Counted from the stretch's first letter, positions 17,791 through 28,182 are shown. The stretch: 64,000 nucleotides of DNA from Deltaproteobacteria bacterium (GCA_020632715.1 JACKFA010000004.1:758190-822189), one strand, 5' to 3'. Notes: a model not told the origin generated them from the letters alone. Translations and numbers: made by a program.

Positions 17791-19359
17791 TGGCAGGTGC
17801 TCCCGCCGTCGACCGAGTCGCCGACGTCCACCGCGCGCGCCTCGAAGCGCAAGCCCGCGCTGTAGCCGTCGCCGATGCGGTAGTCGAGGGCGCAGTCGGC
17901 GCCCGGGATGAAGCCGCTCTCCGAGCAGTCGCCGTCGTTGCAGCAGCCCACGATCGTCACGTTCGACACGAGGCAGGGGAGGGTGCCCGTGCTGAACTGG
18001 ATCCAGTCCTTCCCGCCGTTGCCCTCGGCGTCCTGGTCGATGTGGCCGATGAGGCCGAGGATCGCGTGGAGCGCGGTGGGGCAGCGCGGGAGGAGCGCGG
18101 AGGTGTCGATGCGATAGAGCACCGAGGCCGGGATCACGCCGCCGAGGCGCCCGTCGATGAGCTTCCGCAGCGCGCCGCCCGAGGTGCGGGCGATGGTCGC
18201 CTCGACGTGGGCGCGGGCGACGCGGAGGACGCCGAGCGGGCCGCCCGGGAGCGGCAGGGCGGCGGTCGTCAGGTAGAGGATGGGCGGCGTCGGCTGGGCG
18301 TTGCTCGAGGCGGCCGCGTAGATGCCGTTCGCGACGTCGTCCGTGTCGTCGATGAGCACGTCGGGGACGCACTGATCGTCGAAGGAGCCCGCGTCGCTCC
18401 AGAGCACCGGGTTCGCGTTCGAGTCCTGCCGCCAGGGGACCGGCGCGTCGCTCGGGGGGCAGGCCGGGTCGACGCCGAAGTGGAAGGAGACGCTGATGTC
18501 GGGGTCGTTCCCGAGGTCCTGCACGGCGCCGAGGGTGATGAGCTGGATGATGGTGCCGTCGTCGAGGTAGCCGTCGAGGAGGTTGTTCAGCTGCTGGTTG
18601 ATGAGCGCGTTGGAGGCGAGGCGGTTGTCGCGGCCGGTGTAGAGGTTGTGGTCGCCGTCGGCGTCGTCGAGGTCGAAGCCGACGTTGCCGTCGAGGGAGA
18701 GCTTCGTCAGGACGACCGTGGGCTCGCGCTCGCAGCTGCCGGGGCGGCAGCCGTCGAGGGCGCAGGCGTTGCCGTCGTCGCAGGCCTCGTCGGGGTCGAC
18801 GACGTGGTCGCCGCAATAGCCCGCGACGACGGTGTCCGGGCTCGTGTCCGCGGGGGTGACGGTGTCGAGGGTGTCGGCGACGACGGTGTCGGTGGGGGTG
18901 ACGGTGTCCGTGGTGTCGGCGACGACGGTGTCCGTGGGGGTGACGGTGTCGGTGGTGTCCGTGGTGTCGGCGACGACGGTGTCCGTCCGGGACGACGGTG
19001 TCGACCGGCACGACGGTGTCCTCGACGACGACGGTGTCCTCGATGACGACGGTGTCGACCGGCGGGAGCGTGTCCTCCGGCGGGGCCGTGTCCTCCGGCG
19101 GGAGCGTGTCCCCGGGCGGCAGCGTGTCGACGGTGGGCAACGTGTCGACGGTGGGCAGCGTGTCCTCCGGCGCGCCCGTGTCGACCACGGCGGTGTCGGC
19201 CTCGGCGTCGCCCTCGACGTCCTCGACGCCGCCGAGGTCCGGGCTCCCCTTCGTGTCGGTGGCCCCGATCGCGCCGTTCTCGCCGTCGTCGAGGCAGCCG
19301 GCCAGCATCGCCGCGCACGCCAAGGCCGTGACCCATCTCCAGCTCATCTCGTCCCCCAT
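17787..19359 (-). pseudogene. Lipoprotein with DTLPTV / DTVV tandem-repeat linker and a C-terminal Cys-containing globular domain. The reading frame is interrupted by a 1-nt shift inside the repeat (~18990).
   Basis: Track ORF 17212..19359 begins with a lipoprotein signal (MSWRWVTALACAAMLAGC) and D/T/V/P repeats, then becomes H/R junk. The coherent continuation (…CGDHVVDPDEACDDGNAC…) is in the frame of track ORF 17787..18524. Confidence 0.5.
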
Positions 19360-19412
19360 GGCTGTCCGTCCACGCTAGCCAACTCTCCCCCGTCACGGCA
19401 ACCTGAGCGGCG

Positions 19413-20351
19413 ATGGCGCCCCCCACGACCCCTCGAGGACAGGCCGCCGGCCTCGCTCCGCGCGCGCCCTCGCGGAGCCGCGCCGTCCCGCTCGCGCTCG
19501 GCGTCGCCGTCCTCGCCATCAGCTTCGCCGGCACCTTCTTCCGCGAGGCCGCGCCCACCCACCCCCTCGTCGCCGCCGGCCTCCGCCTCGCGCTCGTCGC
19601 GGTCCTCCTCGCCCCGGCCATCGTCCGCGCCGCGCGCGCCAGCCTCCTCGACCGCCGCTTCCTCCGCCACGCCGCCCTCGGCGGCGTCGCCTACGCCGTC
19701 CACTTCGGCGCCTGGGTCGCGAGCCTCGGCCTCACCTCGGTCGCCGCCTCCGTCACCCTCGTCACGGCCTCGCCGCTCATCCTCGCCCTCATCGCGCTCG
19801 CGACGGGGCGCGACCGCCCGACGCCGCGGATCTGGCTCGGCCTCGCCGTCGCGGTCGTCGGCCTCGCCCTGGTCGGCGGCGCCGACCTCGCCGGCAACGG
19901 CACCCTCGCCGGCGCCGCGCTCGCCCTCCTCGGCGCCGCCGCCATCGCCGTCTACCTCCTCCTCGGCCGCGCGCTCGGCAACCGCCTCGACGCCCTCGCC
20001 TTCAGCGGCCTGTCCGCCGCCGGCGGCGCCGTGCTGCTCCTCGGCGTCGCCCTCGCCCTCGGGATCCCGCTCGCCCCGCCCACGGAGCACGCCGCCACCT
20101 TCATCGTCCTGACCGCGCTCGTCCCTCACCTCGTCGGGCACTCGCTCCTCACGTGGTCGCTCCGCCACACGACCCCCACGGTCGTCGGCGTCGCCACCCT
20201 CGGCGAGCCCGTCGGCGCCGCGATCGTGGCCTGGCTCTGGCTCGGCGAGGTCGTGACGCCGCTCACCGCCGCCGGGTGCGCCGTCACCCTCGCCGGCGTC
20301 GCCGTCGCCGTCACGCGCCGCCGCCCCGCGCGCCGCCCCGCCGCGGCCTGA
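19413..20351 (+). CDS. EamA/DMT family transporter (10 TM).
   Basis: Track ORF. Two EamA-like halves of hydrophobic helices. Confidence 0.8.
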   Translation: MAPPTTPRGQAAGLAPRAPSRSRAVPLALGVAVLAISFAGTFFREAAPTHPLVAAGLRLALVAVLLAPAIVRAARASLLDRRFLRHAALGGVAYAVHFGAWVASLGLTSVAASVTLVTASPLILALIALATGRDRPTPRIWLGLAVAVVGLALVGGADLAGNGTLAGAALALLGAAAIAVYLLLGRALGNRLDALAFSGLSAAGGAVLLLGVALALGIPLAPPTEHAATFIVLTALVPHLVGHSLLTWSLRHTTPTVVGVATLGEPVGAAIVAWLWLGEVVTPLTAAGCAVTLAGVAVAVTRRRPARRPAAA

Positions 20352-20546
20352 GATTCTCAGACCCCCGGAGAGCCGCCTCTCCAGCGGCTCAATTGAACGA
20401 GCGCTCGGAAAAATCCGGATACACCCTTGCCAATCTCGGCAGCGCCGTGCAGGGTCGAAAAAGCCGAGGCGGAATCGGACATTGCGGAGTCCGTTCGCGC
20501 GCCGCGGCAACCCCCGACAACTCATCGAGACGCACGCGAGGCTCTC

Positions 20547-23500
20547 ATGCACGCGCTGAAGTCGCTCGCGTTGGCCGCCGTCACGGCGCTGGCGCTGCTC
20601 TCCTTCACCGACGTCGCGTCGGCCCAGACCGACGTGAACGTCGTGGTCCCCGACGCGCTCACGGCCAACGTCCAGTTCGGCCTCGACGTGACCTACAGCC
20701 TCGACGGCGGCGTCTACGAGGATCTGCTCCTGACCGTGCAGATCCCCTCCGGCTTCCGCTTCGTCCAGGCGACCTACCAGGACGGCACCTTCCCGAACTA
20801 CACGTGCCCCGGGAACATCACCGACGGCTACACGTGCACCTTCGGGAACGCCACGCTCGACGCCGGCGGCGGCATCGCGGGCGCCATGACCATCACCCTC
20901 GTCCCGGCGCGCTACTACCACCGCGACCAGGACACGGTGAGCGCCACGGCCTCGCTCCAGGCCACGTCCTACACGACGCCGACCGGGGCGTCGTCGACCA
21001 TCGGCATCGGCCCCGTCTCGGACGACGGCGTCGTCACCGTCCCGTTCAGCGTGCGCTGGCAGGACTACACGCGGCGCGGCGGCTACTTCACGACCAACCC
21101 GCTGACCGGCGAGGTCGGCGAGAGCTACCTCCTCGACTACCGCATCAACAACAACGGCGCCGCGAAGATCGTCGGCGGCTCCCAGATCGTCGCCACGATG
21201 GGCCCGAGCCTCGTCTTCGTCGAGGCCTACCCCGGCAACAACAACACCGACCCGACCCTGAACGCGGCCTACGTCATCGACGACGGCGGGATGACCCCGT
21301 GGCAGGACAGCGGCGGCACGGTGTCGCTGACGATGGTGAACGCGATCTGGCACTCGAACGGCGTGTCCGAGAGCTACTCCCCCCACCTCTACGTGCGCGT
21401 GTGGGTGCCGTGCAGCGCGATGCCCGTGGGCGCCACCAACGAGGACTTCTTCGGGACCGCCGTCTACCACGCGAGCTACGAGACGACCGGCCCGACCGCG
21501 GCCTCCTACACCCTCGCCTCGAACGGCAACCTGCCGCCGCCGGCCGCCTCGCTCAGCAACCAGTGCGGCAGCGGCGGCGTCTTCAGCAAGCAGGGCATCG
21601 GCGGTCAGGGCGTCGAGACCAACGTCGGCTGGCGCCTCAACGCGAGCCCCGCGTTCGGCGTGTTCCCCTACGACGAGGTCCTCTTCCAGGACCGGATCCC
21701 CGCCGGCACGAGCCTCATCTCGGCGTCGCTCTCGTTCACGCCGAGCGAGTTCACCCGCTACAGCTGCCAGCTCCCGGCGGGCGTCACCGACCCCATCTCC
21801 GTCGCCGACTTCCACGACTACGTCACCGACGGTGCCTGCGTCCCGGCGTTCGACCCGGACGCCACGCACATCATGTTCTACGCGCCGCAGTGGGGCGACG
21901 CGGCCGACGGGATCACCGCCTTCCGCGCCGACTTCTACACCTACGTCCCCGCGGGCTACGTCCCGCCCGGCGCCGTCGAGCCCTTCCCCATCCAGAACAC
22001 CGCCTACATGGACGCCGACAAGCCGGCCTCGAGCGGTGGGGCCCACGTGAGCGCGAGCTACACCGCGGCGCGCGACCTCTACACGACGAGCCGCCCCCAG
22101 TCGTGGCGCTGGGACGCGCAGACCACGAGCCCGGCCGTCGTCATCGCCGGCGAGGAGGCGTCCGTCGGGTTCGGGCTCTACCGTCACTCGCAGTTCCGCC
22201 CCGCGCGGAACCCGCGTATCAGCGTCACCGTGCCGGACGGCGTCACGATCCTATCGGCGCAGATCTCCTTCCTCACGACCGGCGGGTGCGCGGACGACCC
22301 GCCGCCGACCACGTGGACCGAGCCCGTCCTCGGCTCGAACCCGCTCGTGTGGCAGCTCGGCGACGACGACGAGCCCTACGACATGGTCGACACGGGCAAC
22401 GTCTGCACGCGCGTGAAGCTCACCTGGGTCGCGAGCGAGTCCTACGGCTTCGTCAACGGCGACACCGTGCAGTTCCGCGAGGTCGTCTCCGCCGACAACG
22501 CCGGGACCTACACCCACGCCACGTCTTACAACTTCACCATCCGGCGGCCGGCCGAGATGAAGGTCGGCGTGGAGCCGGGTTGCTACGACAACAAGGCGCC
22601 CGCCTTCGTCATCACGGCGTCGAACACCGGCGGCACCGACCTCGAGGACGTCGTCGTCGAGACGGCCATCCCGGGCACCGCCGACGGCGTGTCGACGGCC
22701 GAGTCGACCTTCGCCGGGCTCGGGCTCACGCCGCCCGACGCGACCTTCGAGTACCTCGTCGCGGGGAGCTGGGTCGCGACGTACGCGACGGCGGCCGACG
22801 TCGAGGCCGTGCGGATGCACGTCGCCGGCATCCCGACCGGCGGCGACCCCGTGCAGTTCGAGGTGCGCCTCTCGACCGACAGCCCGACGGGCACGACGCT
22901 GCACGCGCGCGCCGTCATGAGCGAGTCGAACCTGCCCGGCGCGGACAGCGCCTTCACGCAGGCGGTCGGCGTGTGCCCCGGCACGGTCGACGTCACGAAG
23001 TTCTTCGACGCCGACGGCGACGGCGCGCAGGGGGCGGGCGAGGTGAACCTCGGCGGCTGGACGTTCGACGTCTACGACGACGGCGGGGCGCGGATCCGCA
23101 GCGTCGTGACCGGGAGCGACGGCTCCGTGCGGGTGCTCCTGAACCCCGGCGACTACACGTTCACCGAGGTCGTGCCGACCGACACGCAGGGCGTGTGGGC
23201 GGCGACGACGGCGGGCGGCGAGTCGCAGACGGTCACGGTCGTGGACCTCGGCGAGCACGCGCTCCTCTTCGGCAACACCTGCGCCTGCCCGGACGACAAC
23301 GACGGCGACCCGTGCACGGAGCTCGCCTGCCAGCCGAACGGGACGTGCCTCTCGGTCGGGACCGAGGCCGGGACGACCTGCGACGACGGCTCCGAGTGCA
23401 CCGACAACGACGTCTGCGACGGCATGAAGGGCTGCTCGGGGCTCGCGGTCAGCTGCGACGACCACGACGAGTGCACGGCCGACAGCTGCGACCCCGCGAG

Positions 23501-26162
23501 CGGCTGCGCGAACGAGCCGCTGACCGGCACGGCGTGCACCTTCGACGCGTGCACGGAGAACGCCGTGTGCACCGCCGGCGAGTGCGGCGGCGGCGTGCCG
23601 ATCGACTGCGACGACGGCAACGAGTGCACCCTCGACACGTGCGACCCGGCGCTCGGCTGCCAGCACGCGCCGACGAACGAGGGCGGCGAGTGCAGCGACG
23701 GCGTCGACTGCACGGTAGGTGACGCGTGCCAGGCCGGCGCGTGCGTGCCGGGGAGCGGGCCCTACGACTGCCTCGCGGGCACCGACTACGACGCCGACTG
23801 TGTGAGCGCGGCGTGCGGCCCCGAGGGCTGCGAGATCGCCACGATCAACGAGGGCGGGGCGTGCGACGACGGCGACGCCTGCACGGTCGCGACGACGTGC
23901 GAGGCCGGCCACTGCGTGGGCGGCGCGGCGAACACCTGCGACGACGGCAACCCGTGCACGGGGACGACCTGCGACAGCGCCACGGGCTGCGCCTACGAGC
24001 CGGTCGCCGGGAGCTGCGACGACGACGATCCGTGCACCGAGGGCGACACGTGCGACGACGCCGGGCACTGCGTGAGCGGGACGCCCATGAGCTGCGACGA
24101 CGGCATCGCCTGCACGAGCGACCGGTGCGAGGGTGGCGAGTGCGTGTCGACGCCGATCGAGGACGGGGAGCCCTGTCAGGACGGGGACGCCTGCTCGGGC
24201 ACGGCGAGCGCGCCCGACACGTGCCAGGGCGGCGTGTGCGTCGCGGGCGCGGCGGTCGACTGCGACGACGGCAACGTCTGCACGACGAATACGTGCGACA
24301 GCGAGCTCGGCTGCCAGACGGCGAACAACGACGGCGCGACGTGCAGCGACATGAACGCGTGCACCGACGGTGACGCGTGCCAGGGCGGCGCGTGCGTGCC
24401 GGGGCCGGCGCGCGACTGCGACGACCACAACGCCTGCACGGACGACAGCTGCGACGCGGCGCTCGGCTGTGTCACGGTGAACAACGAGGCGCCGTGCGAG
24501 GACGGCGACGCCTGCACGGTCGACGACGCGTGCTCGAACGGGGCGTGCGCGCCGGGGGCGGCGCCCGACTGCGGCGACGACAACCCCTGCACGGACGACA
24601 GCTGCGACAGCGAGCTCGGCTGCCGGAACGTGCCGAACACGGCGCCCTGCACGGACGGGGACGTCTGCACGCTCGACGACGCGTGCGCCGACGGGGCCTG
24701 CGTCCCCGGGGCGGTCGACGACTGCGACGACGGCGACGTCTGCACGAGCGACAGCTGCGTCGCGGGCGTCGGGTGCGACCACCAGCCGCTCGGCGGGTCG
24801 CAGCTCGCGACGGCCTGGTTCTTCGTGTTGAACGACGGGAGCGGGACGATCGTGGCGGTCACGGACGACCCGGCGCCGCCGGCGACCGCGCCCGAGGGCT
24901 ACTACACGCGCTACGCGGTGTCCTACCTGCCGGCGGACGCGGGCGACCCGATGGCCGGGCTCCCGGGGGTCGGCGACCCGGCGTCGGCGCTGAGCGAGCT
25001 CGCGCCGACGAGCTGCGCGACGGTGAACGGGGAGCTCATCCTGGTCGACTACCCGGTCGAGTGCGATCCGACGGGGGTGAGCTCGCTCTCGCTCGAGCCG
25101 CTGAACGTGCACTGGAACCTGTTCTCGTGTGGCGACGTCGACGGCTTCACGGACGCGCGCGGCATCGTGGCGGCGGCGGGCGACCTCTTCGTCGAGCAGT
25201 GGGGGAACCCGGCGAGCGCGACGATCGGCGAGCACGTGGAGCCGCTCGCGCCGGGCGAGTCGGTGTACGACCTCTGGGACCTGCCGGCGCGGCAGGGGAA
25301 GAAGACGCAGGACTACCAGCAGCAGAACGCCGGGGAGCCGATCGACGTGCTCTACCTGGGCGGCGTGATGGAGGCGCTCGGCGGCGACATCTTCGGGTCG
25401 GTGGTGACGGTCGGGCCCACGGGGGCGGCGATCGCCGGGGTGACTGGGAACCTGACGCTCCGCGAGGGCGGCGAGTGGCTCGTCGGGAACCCGCTCGACT
25501 TCGCGGGGACGTGCCAGGACTTCCGCGAGCTGTCGCAGTACTTCAAGGGGATCACGGCGCCCGCTCAGCAGGACGTGATCGTGCACAGCTGGGGCGGGCT
25601 CACGTTCCCCGCGCCGCCGGCGGGCGCGATCACGTGCCCGGCGGGGGCCGGCGACCCCGATCCGCTCTGGGTCTACCGGGTGGACCTGACCGCGATGGCG
25701 CCGAACGTGGGGCCGTACGTGAACCAGGGGTCGCTGCCGCTGCCGGCGTGCCTGCGGCCGGTGACGCTGGCCGACGGGAGCACGATCCAGACGCCGTCGA
25801 CGACGCTCATCGTGAACTGGGTGGGCGCGGCGAGCGCGACGCTCCAGTACACGGACATGAACCACAAGTTCCCGTACTGGAAGACGCTCTGGAACTTCCC
25901 GGACACGTCGACGCTGCACCTGACGGGCGTCGCGGCGGAGGCGAGCATCTTCGCGCCGTTCGCGGACGTGACGCTGACGCAGATGGAGGTCTGGGGCTTC
26001 GTCGTGGCGGGGCGCGTGACGGAGGTCGGCAACGTGGGGCTCCGGCTGCCCGGCTACCACGCGCGCATCAACGTCGAGGCGACGTGCGAGTACGACGAGC
26101 CCGCGGGCGCCACGGCGCTCCCGGGGGACACCGGCGAGACGCCGGTCGAGACCTATCCCTGA
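20547..26162 (+). CDS. Giant secreted surface protein (~1870 aa). Contains DUF11-like repeat domain(s), an SdrD-B/Cna-B-like fold, ~13 tandem myxobacterial Cys-rich disulfide repeats, and an uncharacterised C-terminal domain.
   Basis: Start at internal Met with signal peptide MHALKSLALAAVTALALLSFTDVASA. Repeats of the form CxDGNxCTxDxCDxxxGC. DADGDGAQGAGEVNLGGWTF...GDYTFTE matches the SdrD B-like fold. Confidence 0.85.
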   Translation: MHALKSLALAAVTALALLSFTDVASAQTDVNVVVPDALTANVQFGLDVTYSLDGGVYEDLLLTVQIPSGFRFVQATYQDGTFPNYTCPGNITDGYTCTFGNATLDAGGGIAGAMTITLVPARYYHRDQDTVSATASLQATSYTTPTGASSTIGIGPVSDDGVVTVPFSVRWQDYTRRGGYFTTNPLTGEVGESYLLDYRINNNGAAKIVGGSQIVATMGPSLVFVEAYPGNNNTDPTLNAAYVIDDGGMTPWQDSGGTVSLTMVNAIWHSNGVSESYSPHLYVRVWVPCSAMPVGATNEDFFGTAVYHASYETTGPTAASYTLASNGNLPPPAASLSNQCGSGGVFSKQGIGGQGVETNVGWRLNASPAFGVFPYDEVLFQDRIPAGTSLISASLSFTPSEFTRYSCQLPAGVTDPISVADFHDYVTDGACVPAFDPDATHIMFYAPQWGDAADGITAFRADFYTYVPAGYVPPGAVEPFPIQNTAYMDADKPASSGGAHVSASYTAARDLYTTSRPQSWRWDAQTTSPAVVIAGEEASVGFGLYRHSQFRPARNPRISVTVPDGVTILSAQISFLTTGGCADDPPPTTWTEPVLGSNPLVWQLGDDDEPYDMVDTGNVCTRVKLTWVASESYGFVNGDTVQFREVVSADNAGTYTHATSYNFTIRRPAEMKVGVEPGCYDNKAPAFVITASNTGGTDLEDVVVETAIPGTADGVSTAESTFAGLGLTPPDATFEYLVAGSWVATYATAADVEAVRMHVAGIPTGGDPVQFEVRLSTDSPTGTTLHARAVMSESNLPGADSAFTQAVGVCPGTVDVTKFFDADGDGAQGAGEVNLGGWTFDVYDDGGARIRSVVTGSDGSVRVLLNPGDYTFTEVVPTDTQGVWAATTAGGESQTVTVVDLGEHALLFGNTCACPDDNDGDPCTELACQPNGTCLSVGTEAGTTCDDGSECTDNDVCDGMKGCSGLAVSCDDHDECTADSCDPASGCANEPLTGTACTFDACTENAVCTAGECGGGVPIDCDDGNECTLDTCDPALGCQHAPTNEGGECSDGVDCTVGDACQAGACVPGSGPYDCLAGTDYDADCVSAACGPEGCEIATINEGGACDDGDACTVATTCEAGHCVGGAANTCDDGNPCTGTTCDSATGCAYEPVAGSCDDDDPCTEGDTCDDAGHCVSGTPMSCDDGIACTSDRCEGGECVSTPIEDGEPCQDGDACSGTASAPDTCQGGVCVAGAAVDCDDGNVCTTNTCDSELGCQTANNDGATCSDMNACTDGDACQGGACVPGPARDCDDHNACTDDSCDAALGCVTVNNEAPCEDGDACTVDDACSNGACAPGAAPDCGDDNPCTDDSCDSELGCRNVPNTAPCTDGDVCTLDDACADGACVPGAVDDCDDGDVCTSDSCVAGVGCDHQPLGGSQLATAWFFVLNDGSGTIVAVTDDPAPPATAPEGYYTRYAVSYLPADAGDPMAGLPGVGDPASALSELAPTSCATVNGELILVDYPVECDPTGVSSLSLEPLNVHWNLFSCGDVDGFTDARGIVAAAGDLFVEQWGNPASATIGEHVEPLAPGESVYDLWDLPARQGKKTQDYQQQNAGEPIDVLYLGGVMEALGGDIFGSVVTVGPTGAAIAGVTGNLTLREGGEWLVGNPLDFAGTCQDFRELSQYFKGITAPAQQDVIVHSWGGLTFPAPPAGAITCPAGAGDPDPLWVYRVDLTAMAPNVGPYVNQGSLPLPACLRPVTLADGSTIQTPSTTLIVNWVGAASATLQYTDMNHKFPYWKTLWNFPDTSTLHLTGVAAEASIFAPFADVTLTQMEVWGFVVAGRVTEVGNVGLRLPGYHARINVEATCEYDEPAGATALPGDTGETPVETYP

Positions 26163-26223
26163 CCGTCGCGGCGCGCCGCCGGACGGGCGGGGGCGCCGTG
26201 CCTCGCGAGAGAGGAGACGAACC

Positions 26224-26841
26224 ATGCGCATGAGGAAGCTCGCCGTCGCGGCGGTGGTGATGGGGCTCGGGCTCGGGGCGTGCCAGGGCGGGGAGGTGCC
26301 GCCGGTCGGCTCGCAGACGCCGACGGACCCGACGACGCCGACGGAGCCGACGACGCCGACGGAGCCGACGACGCCGACGGAGCCGACGACGCCGACGGAG
26401 CCGACGACGCCGACGGACCCGACGACGCCGGTGGACCAGCGGAGCGAGGAGGCGAAGGCGCTGCACGGGCTCACGCGCTCGGTGCTCGTGGCGTGGGCGC
26501 GCGAGGATCTGCGCGAGATCCTCGCGCTGTCGTCGAAGGACGCGGAGGACCACGTGGCGGACCTGCTCGCGAGCCCGGAGGCGCGCGCGTTCTACTTCGG
26601 CGAGGACGGCTTCCGGGCGCGCGCGGTGCGCGCGTGGCAGGCGCAGGGTGAGACGCTCGGCACGGTGCGGGGCGAGGGCACGCCGGGCGGCGCTGAGCTC
26701 GCGCGGCGCTGGGTCTTCGTCACGGTGCTCGACGGGAAGCCCGTCGTGGCCGACCTCCTCTGGGAGGTGGACCGCTGGATCTTCGTGAATCTGCTCGAGG
26801 TCGACGACGCGCGTTTCGACGCGTTCGGGACCGAGATCTAG
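26224..26841 (+). CDS. Lipoprotein with (TPTEPT)n Pro/Thr linker and a C-terminal globular domain.
   Basis: MRMRKLAVAAVVMGLGLGAC lipobox. Six 18-nt tandem repeats. GGAGA RBS. Confidence 0.7.
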   Translation: MRMRKLAVAAVVMGLGLGACQGGEVPPVGSQTPTDPTTPTEPTTPTEPTTPTEPTTPTEPTTPTDPTTPVDQRSEEAKALHGLTRSVLVAWAREDLREILALSSKDAEDHVADLLASPEARAFYFGEDGFRARAVRAWQAQGETLGTVRGEGTPGGAELARRWVFVTVLDGKPVVADLLWEVDRWIFVNLLEVDDARFDAFGTEI

Positions 26842-26939
26842 TCGCAGCGACCTCGCGGGCTCGGCCCGCGTGGCCGCCCGCGTCGCAGGGTCGGCCCGTC
26901 GTGGCCGCGTCGTAGGGGCGGCCCTCGTGGCCGCCCGCG

Positions 26940-27344
26940 TCAGCCCACCACGTTCCGCGCGACCATCCACGCGAGCAGCGCGACCAGCAGCGTCGGCGCC
27001 CGCAGGCGCGGCGGGAGCGGCGTCGGCACGCGGAGGCTCGCCCAGCGGCCGGTCGCCGCGTAGCGGGCGAGCGTCACGACCGCCCACAGCATGAGCGGCG
27101 TCGCCAGCACCGTCAGCGGGTTCGCGGCCCAGGCCGCGGCGACGTCGCCGTGGAGGAGCGCGTGCAGGGCGCGCAGCGTGCCGCAGCCGGGGCACAGGAG
27201 CCCCGTCGCCGCGCGCACCGGGCACGGCGGGTAGGTGCCGGGCGTGGCCGGGTCGTGCCCCGCGAGGAAGGCGCCGAGCGCGCCGAGCGCGACGAGCGTC
27301 GCCGCCGCGAGGGCGCGCCGGGGCGCGGCGTCAGCGACCCGCAA
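26940..27344 (-). CDS. DUF2752 family small membrane protein.
   Basis: CPVRAATGLLCPGCGTLRALHALLHGD motif (CPxCGxxRA) plus TM helices. Confidence 0.7.
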   Translation of the reverse strand: MRVADAAPRRALAAATLVALGALGAFLAGHDPATPGTYPPCPVRAATGLLCPGCGTLRALHALLHGDVAAAWAANPLTVLATPLMLWAVVTLARYAATGRWASLRVPTPLPPRLRAPTLLVALLAWMVARNVVG

Positions 27345-27738
27345 GGCTCAGGCCGAGGACGACGATGCCGAGGACCACCCCGACGGCGAGGGACGCGACC
27401 GACCAGTTGTTCGCGCTCTGGGCGGCCTCGCGCGCCGCCTCGGGGTTGCCGGCGTACCAGTGGCCTGCGACCTGGCTCGCCTTCACGATGGCGACGACGC
27501 CGAACGGGAAGAAGCAGAAGAGGGTCGTGAGGATGGCCCAGGCCATGCCGGAGTCGGGCATGGGCTCGCGCGGCGTGGGCGGCGTGTCGCGGAGATAGGG
27601 CGGGACGGGCTCTGCGCGCTGTGGGGGAGCGTCGCGCTCGGCGAGGATCCGCGCCTTCTCGCGCTGGAACTCCTCCTCCGAGAGGACGCCGCTCGCGCGC
27701 AGCTTGCCGAGCTGCTCGAGGCGATCGAGGTGCGACAC
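27331..27738 (-). CDS. SHOCT-domain protein with a C-terminal CD225/dispanin (IFITM-like) two-TM domain.
   Basis: N-terminal LDRLEQLGKLRASGVLSEEEFQREKARILAE matches SHOCT. C-terminal MAWAILTTLFCFFPFGVVAIVKASQV resembles the CD225 signature. Confidence 0.65.
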   Translation of the reverse strand: MSHLDRLEQLGKLRASGVLSEEEFQREKARILAERDAPPQRAEPVPPYLRDTPPTPREPMPDSGMAWAILTTLFCFFPFGVVAIVKASQVAGHWYAGNPEAAREAAQSANNWSVASLAVGVVLGIVVLGLSLAGR

Positions 27739-27742
27739 GCGG

Positions 27743-28066
27743 TCAGAGCCCCTGGAGGATGCGGGCGCGCTGCTCGGCGTACTCGCCGTCGGTCAGCGTG
27801 CCGGAGTCGCGGAGGCGCGAGAGCTGGGCGAGGCGGTCCTCGATGGCGGCGGCGCCCTCCGCGGGTGGCATGCTCATCGCCGGGCGCTGGGACGGCGCGG
27901 CGGCCTGCCCCCCGTGGCCGGGCGCCGGCTCGAGCACGGCGATGATGATGATGCCGATGAGGCCGAGGAGGAGGCCGAGGACGGCGCCGAGGCCGCCGCG
28001 ACCCTTGCCTTCGCCGATCGCGTAGCCGATGACGCCGCAGACCACCATGACGATGAGCCAGACCAT
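27743..28066 (-). CDS. GlsB/YeaQ/YmgE-like glycine-zipper membrane protein with a C-terminal SHOCT domain.
   Basis: MVWLIVMVVCGVIGYAIGEGKGRGGLGAVLGLLLGLIGIIIIAVL and IEDRLAQLSRLRDSGTLTDGEYAEQRARILQGL. Confidence 0.6.
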   Translation of the reverse strand: MVWLIVMVVCGVIGYAIGEGKGRGGLGAVLGLLLGLIGIIIIAVLEPAPGHGGQAAAPSQRPAMSMPPAEGAAAIEDRLAQLSRLRDSGTLTDGEYAEQRARILQGL

Positions 28067-28182
28067 GAGAGCGCCCTTTGCGCCGCTCTGGGCGCGTGCC
28101 GGAGGGAGAATGTGGAGAGCGGCTCGAGGCTAGCCCACGATGGGGAAGGCCTCAAGGGCGCTCCGGGGTCACCGTCCAGAAA

